Part shown: one piece after another, positions 47,465 through 56,574 of the stretch
How the letters are laid out: each line of letters opens with the position of its first letter
Numbering within the stretch: position 1 is the first letter of the stretch
From: Myxococcota bacterium
GTDB taxonomy: Bacteria > Myxococcota_A > UBA796 > SXON01
Assembly: GCA_040386535.1 (NCBI GenBank)
Contig: JAZKFH010000043.1
Location: 1-64,000 of the forward strand
DNA: 64,000 bases
Direction of reading: 5' to 3'
Translations under genes and position numbers: made by a program
Notes under the pieces: model-generated
Seen by the model: the letters and a program-made list of their open reading frames with translations, nothing else
What the model was told of the DNA's origin: nothing
Databases searched by the model: none

Positions 47465-47971
47465 ATGCACAAGTTGAGCTTCGTCGTGCTGTTCGGACTG
47501 TTGGGTTGCGCGGGCGGGAAGGCGGACGAGACCGGGATGGTCGACGACACCGACGACACCGACGTGGGTGACACCGACGTCGCCACCTGCGAGACCGACG
47601 TTTGTGTCACCTACGGCGCGGCCGTGCCGGACGTGGCGAGCGAGATCGTGAACCGCGCCGCGGCCGATCCCCAGTTCTCGGCCGACTTCGCGCCGCTCGT
47701 CGCCGAGGGCCCCGCGGCCGTGCAGGCGTTCAAGGACAGCCTGACCGCCTTCATCTCCGACGCGTACGGCTGCAGCACCGGGGCGTACACCGGCCCGTCG
47801 ATGGAGGCCTCGCACACCGGCCTCGCCATCACCCAGACCGAGTACGACGCCTTCATCGGCCTCATCGCCGGCGTGTTGGCCGACGCGGGCGTGCCCGCGA
47901 CCGACATCGAGCAGTGTTTCGCGCCGCCCCTGGTCGATCCGATGTTCGCCGCCACCATCATCGGGCAGTAG
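47465..47971 (+). CDS. Group 1 truncated (2/2) hemoglobin, lipoprotein
   Basis: LFGLLGC lipobox, DT linker, ADP...F, YTGPSMEASHTGLAIT (proximal His F8), L.DAGV. Confidence 0.82.
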   Translation: MHKLSFVVLFGLLGCAGGKADETGMVDDTDDTDVGDTDVATCETDVCVTYGAAVPDVASEIVNRAAADPQFSADFAPLVAEGPAAVQAFKDSLTAFISDAYGCSTGAYTGPSMEASHTGLAITQTEYDAFIGLIAGVLADAGVPATDIEQCFAPPLVDPMFAATIIGQ

Positions 47972-47977
47972 CCGGTG

Positions 47978-48613
47978 ATGCGCGCGTGGATCATCGGCGG
48001 GGTGGCGGCGGCGGGCGTCACGCTCGCGATCGGCGGGTTGCACCTCCCGGAGGCGCGGCCGCTCCTGCTCTTCGTGACCGGCGGGAGCTGCCCCATCGGC
48101 GCAGAGCTCTCTCCGGAGGCGCGGGACGACGCACGCGCGCTCTCGGTGGCGTCCGTGCGCGGGCAGGCGACGGCGCCCTCGCGGCCGGCGCTCGGGCTCA
48201 CGCTCGGGACCACCACGCGCGCCGAAGCGGAGACGTGGGCGGCGGGCCGCGGGCTCACGTGCGGGGCCGAGACCGGCGGGCTGCGTTGCGCGCCGGCGGG
48301 CACCCCCGGCTCCTCGGGGAGCCAGCTCGCGGACGAGGTTTGGATCGAGCTCGACGGCGCCGAGCGGGTCGTGGCATTGGTCGCCACCACCCGGGATCTC
48401 GCGCCCGCCGACGCCGCGACGGTGTTCGCCGCGCGTGAGTTGGAGCTGTCCGCGGCGGGAACCCCGTGGAAGCGTCGTGACGCGGACCTGACGCGCACGA
48501 TGGCCCAGCAGCTCGCCGAGTACCGCTACGTCGACTACCGCGCCCAACTCACCGCGACCAACATGGGCGGGCGGGTCACGGTGCGGACGACGTGGCAGGA
48601 TTTGGAGGGGTAG
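47978..48613 (+). CDS. Hypothetical membrane-anchored protein
   Basis: N-terminal hydrophobic segment, SCPIG motif; 6 nt after globin stop. Confidence 0.7.
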   Translation: MRAWIIGGVAAAGVTLAIGGLHLPEARPLLLFVTGGSCPIGAELSPEARDDARALSVASVRGQATAPSRPALGLTLGTTTRAEAETWAAGRGLTCGAETGGLRCAPAGTPGSSGSQLADEVWIELDGAERVVALVATTRDLAPADAATVFAARELELSAAGTPWKRRDADLTRTMAQQLAEYRYVDYRAQLTATNMGGRVTVRTTWQDLEG

Positions 48614-48659
48614 GTGGGTGTTGGGTCGGCCGCGGCGGCTGTATCGCGCGGCCGACCCG

Positions 48660-50036
48660 TCAGAGCCGCCCCAATCGCCGGATCCCCTCGCGCAGCGCGG
48701 CCTCGTCCGCCGCCGCGTAGGAGAGCCGCACGAAGCTCCCCGTCGGCTCGGCGGGGAACCAGCGCCGCCCCGCGCTGACATGCACGCCGACCGCCGCGGC
48801 GGCGCGGGTGAAGGCCAGGTCGTCGACGCCCGGGGGCAGCTCGACCCAGAGGTGGTAGCCGCCGTCCGGGACGAGCGCGAGCCGCGCGGCGGGCCAGTCC
48901 TGGCGCAGGGCCTCCACCGCCGCGTCGCGACGCAGGACGAGCGCGCGGGTGAGCGCACGGAGGTGGCGGGGCCACGCCGGGCTGGTCACGAGCTCGAGGC
49001 CGGCCTCCTGGAGCGGCCCGGAGACGAACAGGTCCTCGACGCTGCGGGCGCTGCGGATGCGCGTCGCGACGGGGCCGGTGGCGCACACCGCGGCGATGCG
49101 GAGGCCCGCGGCCGCGGACTTGGTGAGCGAGCGGATGTAGACCACGCGACCGGGATCGAGCGACACGAGCGGCGGCGGGCGCGGGGCGAAGGCGAGGTCG
49201 TGCGCGAAGTCGTCCTCGAGGACGAAGGCGCCGGCGGCCTCGGCGGCGGCGAGCACCGCGGCGCGGCGGTCGGGCGCGAGCACGCTGCCGTTGGGGTTCG
49301 CGAAGGTGGGCTGGGTGAAGAACACGCGGGCGCCGGTGGCGCGAAAGGCGGCGGCGAGCAGGTCGGGGCGCACGCCGTCGCGATCGCTGGGGACGGGCAC
49401 CGGCACGACGCCGGCGGCGCGCGCGACGGCGACCGCGCCGACGTAGGTGGGCGACTCGACGAGCAGCGGGGCGCCGGGCGGGCACAACGCGCGGATGGTC
49501 ACAGCGAGGGCGGCCTGCCCGCCGGGGACGATGAGGGTGTCGGCCGCCGACAGCGCGCTGGAGGCCTCCCGCGCGAACCACGCCCGCAGCTCGGGGTTGC
49601 CCTCGGGCGGCTGGCGGCCCCACACCCCGGGGCGGCGGCTGGCGCGGGCGAGGGCGGCCTGGAGCGCGGCGACGGGCTGGAGCGAGGCGTCGGGGTAGCC
49701 GCCGCGGAAGGAGATCTCGCCGTCGGGGACGGGGGCGAGGAGCACGTCCATGTCGTCGGCATAGGGGGGGCGCGCGCCGAGCGCGAGGGACTGCCACGCG
49801 TGGTCTGGCGCGCGCGGAGCGGGGCCGGACGCGCCGGCGACGAAGCTGCCGCGGCTCGGGAGGGTGACGATGTGGCCCTCGCGGGACAGCGTGGTCATCG
49901 CGCGTTGCACGGTGAGCGGGCTCGCGGTCAGACGCTCGCAGAGCGCGCGAACAGAGGGCAACGGCGCGCCGGGCGTAGCGTCGGCCACCAGGGCGCGGAG
50001 CGCGTCGAGCACGCGCGAGGACGGGGAGCGGCTCAT
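48660..50036 (-). CDS. MocR/GabR-type GntR regulator (HTH + PLP aminotransferase domain)
   Basis: LPSVR.L, TVQRA, ESPTY, FANPNG, EDD, SLTK..A.GLR. Confidence 0.93.
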   Translation of the reverse strand: MSRSPSSRVLDALRALVADATPGAPLPSVRALCERLTASPLTVQRAMTTLSREGHIVTLPSRGSFVAGASGPAPRAPDHAWQSLALGARPPYADDMDVLLAPVPDGEISFRGGYPDASLQPVAALQAALARASRRPGVWGRQPPEGNPELRAWFAREASSALSAADTLIVPGGQAALAVTIRALCPPGAPLLVESPTYVGAVAVARAAGVVPVPVPSDRDGVRPDLLAAAFRATGARVFFTQPTFANPNGSVLAPDRRAAVLAAAEAAGAFVLEDDFAHDLAFAPRPPPLVSLDPGRVVYIRSLTKSAAAGLRIAAVCATGPVATRIRSARSVEDLFVSGPLQEAGLELVTSPAWPRHLRALTRALVLRRDAAVEALRQDWPAARLALVPDGGYHLWVELPPGVDDLAFTRAAAAVGVHVSAGRRWFPAEPTGSFVRLSYAAADEAALREGIRRLGRL

Positions 50037-50051
50037 CTGTTATCTCTATCC

Positions 50052-50933
50052 ATGAGCATACACGATAACGTAATCCTCGCGGATCGGGAAACGGACGGGC
50101 TCGTGTGGGGCGGGTTGGGGGTGCTCCTGTTCAGCGTGTCGATGGTGGCGACCCGCGCGGCCGCGCCCGAGCTGGGCGGCGTGTTCGTCGGCCTGGGGCG
50201 GGGGCTGGTGGCCGCGGTCCTGGCGGGCGCGGTCATCCTGGTGCGCGGCCTGCCGCTCCCCGCGCGGCGCCACTGGCCCGGCCTCCTCGTGGTGGCGGCC
50301 GGATCGGTGATCGGCTTTCCGCTGCTCTCCGCGATCGCGATGGAGCACGTGCCCGCGAGCCACGGCCTCATCTTCACCGCGCTCATGCCCTCGGCGACGG
50401 CGCTCGCCGCGGTGGTCCGCGCGGGGGAGCGCCCCTCGTGGCGCTTCTGGGGCTGGTCACTCGTCGCCGCCGCGCTCGTCATCGCCTATGCGGGGAGGCA
50501 CGGCGCCGACGGGCTGGTGGGCGCCGACGCGCTCCTGGCAGGGGGCATGGTCGTCTCGGCGGTGGCCTACACCGAGGGCGGGCGCCTGTCGCGCGAGCTC
50601 GGCGGGATGACGGTGTTGTCCTGGGCGCTGGTGTTCGCGATGCCGGTCCTGCTCCCAGCGGTGGCGTTCCGCGTCTGGGCCGCCCCGGTGCACGGCAGCC
50701 CGGCGGCGTGGCTCGGCTTCGCGTACGTGTCGATCTTCAGCATGTACGTCGGCTTCCTGTGCTGGTACCGGGGCCTCGCGCGCGGCGGCATCGCCCGCGT
50801 CAGCCAGCTCCAGATGGTCCAGCCGCTGCTCGGGCTGGGGTGGTGCGCGGTGCTCCTGGGCGAACCGTTATCGGTATCGCTGGTGGTGACGGCGGCGGCC
50901 GTTATCGGGTGTGTGGCGATGGGGCGGCGGTAG
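50052..50933 (+). CDS. DMT/EamA family transporter
   Basis: About ten hydrophobic helices, VPASHG, GERP, WYRGLARGG..RVSQ.Q..QP. Confidence 0.92.
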   Translation: MSIHDNVILADRETDGLVWGGLGVLLFSVSMVATRAAAPELGGVFVGLGRGLVAAVLAGAVILVRGLPLPARRHWPGLLVVAAGSVIGFPLLSAIAMEHVPASHGLIFTALMPSATALAAVVRAGERPSWRFWGWSLVAAALVIAYAGRHGADGLVGADALLAGGMVVSAVAYTEGGRLSRELGGMTVLSWALVFAMPVLLPAVAFRVWAAPVHGSPAAWLGFAYVSIFSMYVGFLCWYRGLARGGIARVSQLQMVQPLLGLGWCAVLLGEPLSVSLVVTAAAVIGCVAMGRR

Positions 50934-51061
50934 GCGCGGGGCCCGTGTGTTCCGGGCGGTGGTTGGCGCGGCTCGGCGCGCCGGAACCGCCGCCGCGCCG
51001 GTCGCCCAACCTCGTTGCCGCTGCATTCCCGCCCGATCCCCATCCGGTTACCCGCGGGCGC

Positions 51062-54000
51062 ATGACCGACGACGCCGCTCTCCCCGATCTGTCTGCCGAC
51101 GTGCCCCCGGATGCGCCCCAGGCCGACCCCTTCCTCCTCGACGCCGAGCAGCTCACGCGGTTCGCGTCGGAGGGCGTGCTGCGGCGCGGCGTGGCGTACT
51201 TCCGGGAGCACCGTGTCACCGACGTGAGCTGGGACGAGACCCACGTGCACGCGATCGTGCACGGGTCGCGGCCGTTCGAGCCCTACGAGGTCGTGATCCG
51301 CGTGGACGACGGCGAGCTCGACGTGGGTTGCACGTGCCCGTTCGATCTGGAGCCCGCCTGCAAACACGCCGTGGCCGCGCTGCTCGCGTACGGGGCGCGC
51401 CAGCCTGTCGCCGAGATGCAGGTGCGCGGGGCGGCCGACGCCGCGGTGGAGGAGCGGGCGACGCGGGCGCGGGGCGAGGTGCAGGTGCGCCATGTCGCGG
51501 GGGACGCGTGGTTCGGGGCGTGGGACGCGTGGTCGCTCGACCCGCGCGCGGGAGCCGGCCATCGGTACCGCGTCGGCATTCGGTCGGTGGGCGAGCGCGT
51601 GAACCACTGCACGTGCCCGGACTTCGCCACCAATCGGCTCGGCACATGTAAACACGTCGAGGCCGTGCTGCTCCGGCTCCGCAAGCGCGGGCCGAAGCGG
51701 TTCGTGGAGCTCGCCGAGAAGGGGCCGCCCGTGCCGGTGGTGCACCTCGCGTGGGACGTGCCGGGCGCGCCGCGGATCCGCCTCGCCGGGCCGCGCGAGC
51801 CGAGCATCGCGGGGTACTTCAGCGCGGAGGGGCTGCTGCGCGGGGAGCTGCCGTCGGCGTGGCACGCGGCGCGCGAGGCGATCGGCGCGGTCGCGACGGT
51901 GGGGGAGGATGTGGAGGCGCACGTGCGTCGCCTTGCGGATGACGCCGCCGCCACGGTTCGCTCGGCCCGGATCCGCGACGAGATCCGCCAGGCCGGCGGC
52001 CACCTGCCCGGCGTCCTGGCGCGGCTGTACCCCTACCAGGTCGAGGGCGTCGCGTTCCTGGCGTCGGCCGGCCGCGCGCTGCTCGCCGACGACATGGGGC
52101 TCGGCAAGACGCTCCAGGCCATCGCCGCGGCGTCGTGGATGATGGCGCGCGACGAGGTGCGCCACGTGCTCGTGGTGTGCCCGGCGTCGCTCAAGCACCA
52201 GTGGGCGCGCGAGATCCGCAAGTTCACGGGGCGCGAGGCGGTCGTCGTGAGCGGCGGGCCCGAGTCGCGCGGGGCGCTGTACCGGCAGGGCGCCGCGTTC
52301 ACCATCGTGAACTACGAGCTGCTCCTGCGCGATCGGGACGTGGTGCAGCGCACCCTCGCGCCCGATCTGCTCGTGCTCGACGAGGCCCAGCGCATCAAGA
52401 ACTGGCGCACGCGCATCGCGACGTGCATCAAGGCGCTCTCCACCACCTACGCGTTCGTCCTGACCGGCACGCCGCTCGAGAACCGCCTGGAGGACCTGTA
52501 CAGCCTGCTCCAGGTGGTCGATCCGCGCGTGCTCGGCCCGTTGTGGCGCTACCTGCTGGAGTTCCACGTCACCGAGCCGAGCGGCAAGGTGATCGGGTAC
52601 CGCAACCTCGGCGAGCTGCGGCGACGCCTCGCGCCGGTGATGCTTCGTCGGGACCGCTCGCTCGTTCGGGACCAGCTCCCCGATCGCATCGAGACGCGCC
52701 TGGACATCCCGCTCGACAGCCGCCAGCGCGCCCTGCACGACGAGGCCGTGGACACCGCGGGCCGCATCGCCCTGGTCGCCCAGCGCCGCCCGCTCACGCC
52801 CGAAGAGGAGCAGCGGCTGATGCAGGCGCTCCAACGTGCGCGCATGGCCTGCGACGCCGCGGGCCTCGTCGACAAGGAGACCGTCGGCTCGCCCAAGCTC
52901 GAGGAGCTCTCGCGCCTGCTGGAGGAGCTGTGCGTCGACGGCGGGCGCAAGGTGGTCGTGTTCTCGCAGTGGGAGCGCATGACGGTGATGGCGGAGCAGG
53001 TCGCGCACGCGCTCGGGCTCGGCACGGTGCGGCTCCACGGCGGCGTGCCGTCGCACAAGCGCGGCGCCCTGGTCGACCGGTTCCACGAGGACCCCGCGGT
53101 GCAGGTGTTCATCTCCACCGACGCGGGCGGCACCGGCCTGAACCTCCAGGTGGCGACCGCGCTGGTCAACCTCGACGTGCCCTGGAACCCCGCCATCCTC
53201 GAGCAGCGCATCGCGCGCATCCATCGCCTCGGCCAGCGCGAGCCCGTGCAGATCGTGCACCTGGTCGCCGCGGAGGCCTACGAGGCGCGCGTGGCCGAGC
53301 TGGTGAAGGGCAAGCGGGTGCTGTTCGACAACGTCGTGAACGAGGACGCCACCGAGGAGGTGGTCGGGATGAGCCGCAAGAGCGTCGAGGCGGCGCTCGC
53401 TTCGCTGGAGGAGGCGCGGGGGGCGGACGCGTCGGCGTCGATTGACCGGGTCGAAGTTGTCGAGGCGCCGGTCGACGAGGTGGTACCGGTGGTCGCGGAG
53501 GCGGTGGTCGCGGAGTCCGCGGTCACGGAGGCGGTTGCGACGGCGGTTGCGACGGCGCCAATCTTGGACACGCACGTCGTGGTGGAGAACGTGTCCGCGC
53601 CGTCGGTCGTCGACCCCATGGACGCCGTGGTGGCCGCGCTGGACGCGGCGTTCGGCGCGCGGATCGAGCGGGTGTTGGCGGCGAAGGGGGGCCTCGTGGT
53701 GGTGCTCCACGTGGTCGAGCCGGGCGACGCGGCGCGGGCCGAGGAGCTCGCGCGCGGCGTGACCGTGGCCGTGTTGGACAGCGCCACGGCGGCGGCCCTC
53801 GCGCGGATGGGCGGCGGCATGCCGGTGCCCGATGCGCGCCCGGTGCTCGTGCGCGAGCCCGTCAAGGTGGTGGATGTCGCGGCGCGCAAGCTCGACGCCG
53901 CCCAGGCGCTGCTCGCCGCGGACCAGGTGGACGAGGCGCTCGTCCTGATGGGATCCGCCGTCCTCGCGGGGGCGGCGCGCGCCGGCGGCGTCGCGACGAT

Positions 54001-54196
54001 CCGGCCCGAGGAGGCCGCGGTGTGGCTGTACGGCACGGCGCTCCCGCGGGGGTGGATCGGCCACGAGGACGCCGCGCTGGTGCTCCGTGCGCAGGCCCTC
54101 GCCGGCGCCCAGTCGGTGCCGGGGGAGATGGCGGCGGGCCTGCTGCGCGAGGCGCGGGCGTTCCTGGGGCGGAGCCCGGCGGCCCCGGTGGCGTAA
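51062..54196 (+). CDS. SNF2-family helicase with two SWIM zinc fingers
   Basis: CTCP...CKH twice; LADDMGLGKT, DEAQRIKN, LTGTPLEN, VFSQW, GLNLQ, WNPA...QR..R.HR.GQ. Confidence 0.95.
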   Translation: MTDDAALPDLSADVPPDAPQADPFLLDAEQLTRFASEGVLRRGVAYFREHRVTDVSWDETHVHAIVHGSRPFEPYEVVIRVDDGELDVGCTCPFDLEPACKHAVAALLAYGARQPVAEMQVRGAADAAVEERATRARGEVQVRHVAGDAWFGAWDAWSLDPRAGAGHRYRVGIRSVGERVNHCTCPDFATNRLGTCKHVEAVLLRLRKRGPKRFVELAEKGPPVPVVHLAWDVPGAPRIRLAGPREPSIAGYFSAEGLLRGELPSAWHAAREAIGAVATVGEDVEAHVRRLADDAAATVRSARIRDEIRQAGGHLPGVLARLYPYQVEGVAFLASAGRALLADDMGLGKTLQAIAAASWMMARDEVRHVLVVCPASLKHQWAREIRKFTGREAVVVSGGPESRGALYRQGAAFTIVNYELLLRDRDVVQRTLAPDLLVLDEAQRIKNWRTRIATCIKALSTTYAFVLTGTPLENRLEDLYSLLQVVDPRVLGPLWRYLLEFHVTEPSGKVIGYRNLGELRRRLAPVMLRRDRSLVRDQLPDRIETRLDIPLDSRQRALHDEAVDTAGRIALVAQRRPLTPEEEQRLMQALQRARMACDAAGLVDKETVGSPKLEELSRLLEELCVDGGRKVVVFSQWERMTVMAEQVAHALGLGTVRLHGGVPSHKRGALVDRFHEDPAVQVFISTDAGGTGLNLQVATALVNLDVPWNPAILEQRIARIHRLGQREPVQIVHLVAAEAYEARVAELVKGKRVLFDNVVNEDATEEVVGMSRKSVEAALASLEEARGADASASIDRVEVVEAPVDEVVPVVAEAVVAESAVTEAVATAVATAPILDTHVVVENVSAPSVVDPMDAVVAALDAAFGARIERVLAAKGGLVVVLHVVEPGDAARAEELARGVTVAVLDSATAAALARMGGGMPVPDARPVLVREPVKVVDVAARKLDAAQALLAADQVDEALVLMGSAVLAGAARAGGVATIRPEEAAVWLYGTALPRGWIGHEDAALVLRAQALAGAQSVPGEMAAGLLREARAFLGRSPAAPVA

Positions 54197-54243
54197 GCGG
54201 GCGGGGGGTCCGGCGTGGGCGTAGGCGGCGGGGACGCCGGCGC

Positions 54244-54654
54244 TCAGACGTGCCCGATCCAGCTCCGCACGAGCGCCTCGAAGGCCGCGCGGTTGGCCGC
54301 GATCTGGTCACCCGCGCCGAGGGTGACCATGCACCGGTCCGTCGCGAGCCATTTGATCAACGGGTCCGTGATCTGCATGCCGGAGGCGTCCCGCACCTTG
54401 GCGCCCAGGTGGAACACGAGCTGCACCTTGTCCCGCGAGCGCAGGTGGAAGGTGGCGAAGTACTCGGTCGTCCGGAAGCTCGGCGCGTTCCACTTGATCG
54501 CCTCGCCGATCGTGGGGCTCACGCCGAGGAGGATGTGGCGCACGGCCTCGATCTCCGGCTTCAGCGGATGGTCGAGGGCGGCGATGAAGGCCGTCACCGC
54601 GGCGTTGATCTGGGGGGTGTCGGCGGGGACGGCGGGGGACTTTCGAGGAGGCAT
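54244..54654 (-). CDS. DUF1801 (YdhG-like) protein
   Basis: V..FI..LDHP.K.EI..VR, IKWNAPSF, LVFH.GAK. Confidence 0.85.
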   Translation of the reverse strand: MPPRKSPAVPADTPQINAAVTAFIAALDHPLKPEIEAVRHILLGVSPTIGEAIKWNAPSFRTTEYFATFHLRSRDKVQLVFHLGAKVRDASGMQITDPLIKWLATDRCMVTLGAGDQIAANRAAFEALVRSWIGHV

Positions 54655-54703
54655 GACGCCGAGCTTATGGGCGGCGCGCGCGGGTGACAACGCCGTTCAC
54701 CCC

Positions 54704-55444
54704 TCAACCCGGCCGCACCCGCCGCTCGAACAGGAACGTGCCGAACGGCACCAGCGACGCGACGAACGCGCCCGCCATCGTCGGGAGTCGCCAGCCCGCG
54801 ACGCCCGCGGCGTTGCCGAGCGCGAGCAGGAAAAGGATCGTGAGCACGCCGTGCACCCAGCCGATCCAGCCCTGGCCGCCGTCGAGCTGGATGCCGAGGC
54901 CGTACTTGAGCGGCATCGAGACGCACATCAGCAGGATCAGGGAGAGGCCCTCGGCCCGCGCGCAGGCCCAGAACCACGCGATCGTGCGCGCGGCGGCGTC
55001 CGGTGCGGGCGCGGGTGCGGCGCCGCGCGCGAACCAGGCCGCGAGGGCTCCGAGGAGCACGGGCACGACGAGGCCGAGCGGCACGGCTTCGGCGCCGCCG
55101 GTGCGGACGACCATGACGCCCACCGAGGAGGCGAGGCCGGCGACGGCGAAGGCCGCGGCGATGGCGCTGCGCGCGGCGGGGCGCGCGGCGAACACGGCGG
55201 CCTGGAGGGCCACGAGGCTGGCGAGCATCGCCATCGAGATCGACGGGTCGGCCATGGTGCGGCCGGTGAGCTTCATCAGGCCGTAGCCGGCGAGCCAGGT
55301 CGCGACGAAGCCGGAGGTGGCCGCGCCGTACGCAGCGAGCTGGCGCTCGCGTTGGCCGGGGAGCAGCGCCGCACCGAGGACGCCCGATGCGAAGAGGGCG
55401 ACGCCGACGAACTTGAGGAACCGGAGGGCCAGCCAGACGGACAT
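54704..55444 (-). CDS. Integral membrane protein with C-terminal DUF3817-like domain
   Basis: Multiple TM helices; AEGLS..LL..V.MPLKY, G..HG, ASLVPFGTF.FE. Confidence 0.78.
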   Translation of the reverse strand: MSVWLALRFLKFVGVALFASGVLGAALLPGQRERQLAAYGAATSGFVATWLAGYGLMKLTGRTMADPSISMAMLASLVALQAAVFAARPAARSAIAAAFAVAGLASSVGVMVVRTGGAEAVPLGLVVPVLLGALAAWFARGAAPAPAPDAAARTIAWFWACARAEGLSLILLMCVSMPLKYGLGIQLDGGQGWIGWVHGVLTILFLLALGNAAGVAGWRLPTMAGAFVASLVPFGTFLFERRVRPG

Positions 55445-55500
55445 CCGAGCGTTCTATCCGCCGCGTGCGCCGCACTCGACGCGGTGGCGCCACGCCCCGG

Positions 55501-56451
55501 TCAACGGCGCGTCACAGCGGTCTCGGTACCCGCGATGAAGGCCTCCGCCTCCGCACATTCGCGGCCGTACAGCTCCGCCACCCAGTCGACGAACACGCGC
55601 ACCCGTGCCGCGAGGTGGCGGTTGCGTGGGTAGAGCACGGACAGCGGCAGGCTCCCGGCGCTCCAGTCGGGGAGCACGCGGCGGAGCTGGCCGCGGACGA
55701 GGTGCTCGCGCACGTTGCGGGAGCATGGGAGCTGGATCAGGCCGAGCCCGGCCACGGCGAGGGCGACCCAGGTGTCGGCGTCGTTGGCGGCGGCCGCCGA
55801 GCGCGGGACGAAGCTGCGCGTCACGCCGTCGCGCGTGAAGTCGACCTCGAAGAGCCGGCCGGTGCGGGCCGAGAAGCAGTTGACGAAGACGTGCGCGTCG
55901 AGCGCGTCGAGGTCGGCGGGCACCCCGTGCGCCTCGAGGTAGGCGGGCGCCGCGCACGTGACGACGGGGAGGGCGCCGACGCGCCGCGCCACGAGCGACT
56001 CGTCGTGCATGTCGCCGCCGCGGATGACACAGTCCACGCCCTCGCCGGCCAGGTCGACCGGGCGATCGGTGCTCCCGAGCTCGACCGTGACCTCGGGGTA
56101 CCGCGCGAGGAACTCGGGGAGCGCCGGCGCGATGACGTGGCGGCCGGCGGCCGCAGGCACGTCGACCCGCACCCGCCCCTGGGGCGCCCGCGTGGCCCGG
56201 CCCATCCCGGACTCCAGCTCGCTCAGCTCGCGCACGAGCCGCGCGGACTCCTCGTAGTAGGCGGCGCCGTCGGCCGTGAGCGCCACCCGCCGGGTCGTGC
56301 GGTTCAGCAGCCGCACCTGCAGGCGCGCCTCGAGCTCCTGCACCGCCGCGGTGGCGCTCGCCTTCGGCAACCGCAGCGCCTCGGCCGCCCGGCTGAAGCT
56401 GCCGAGCTCCGCCACCCGCGCGAACACCTCGATCGTACGCAGCCGGTCCAT
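55501..56451 (-). CDS. LysR-family transcriptional regulator (CrgA-like)
   Basis: F..VAE.GSFS.AA..L, LLNRTTR.V.LT..G, DL..EG.DC.IR. Confidence 0.95.
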   Translation of the reverse strand: MDRLRTIEVFARVAELGSFSRAAEALRLPKASATAAVQELEARLQVRLLNRTTRRVALTADGAAYYEESARLVRELSELESGMGRATRAPQGRVRVDVPAAAGRHVIAPALPEFLARYPEVTVELGSTDRPVDLAGEGVDCVIRGGDMHDESLVARRVGALPVVTCAAPAYLEAHGVPADLDALDAHVFVNCFSARTGRLFEVDFTRDGVTRSFVPRSAAAANDADTWVALAVAGLGLIQLPCSRNVREHLVRGQLRRVLPDWSAGSLPLSVLYPRNRHLAARVRVFVDWVAELYGRECAEAEAFIAGTETAVTRR

Positions 56452-56574
56452 GCGCCCGACTATCCAAACCGAGCGAACAGTGTGTCCACGAACGCGCCAT
56501 TTACGCGGCCATCGACGAACAGTACCTTCTCGTCACCCCGCGGGCCCACGCCGCGGCCCACCCAGGAGCCTCCG

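Noticed and set aside
50934..51007. Possible tenth copy of the structured element after the EamA stop
   Set aside because: Has GGCGC start and GGTT-hairpin-GGAACC but lacks the GCGGC/GCCGC core and other stems; too partial to count.
50105..51061. N-terminal 319 aa of the 1363-aa ORF as part of the helicase (similar upstream extensions on 3295, 5169, 17235, 48618, 55465 ORFs)
   Set aside because: Arg/Gly/Pro-rich read-through overlapping other real genes; starts were trimmed to the motif-supported positions.
50567..54064. Very long antisense or alternate-frame ORFs (also 3433..5877, 23885..25678, 28589..30526, 37311..39176, 58183..60465)
   Set aside because: Shadow ORFs expected in high-GC DNA opposite well-supported genes; no motifs of their own.
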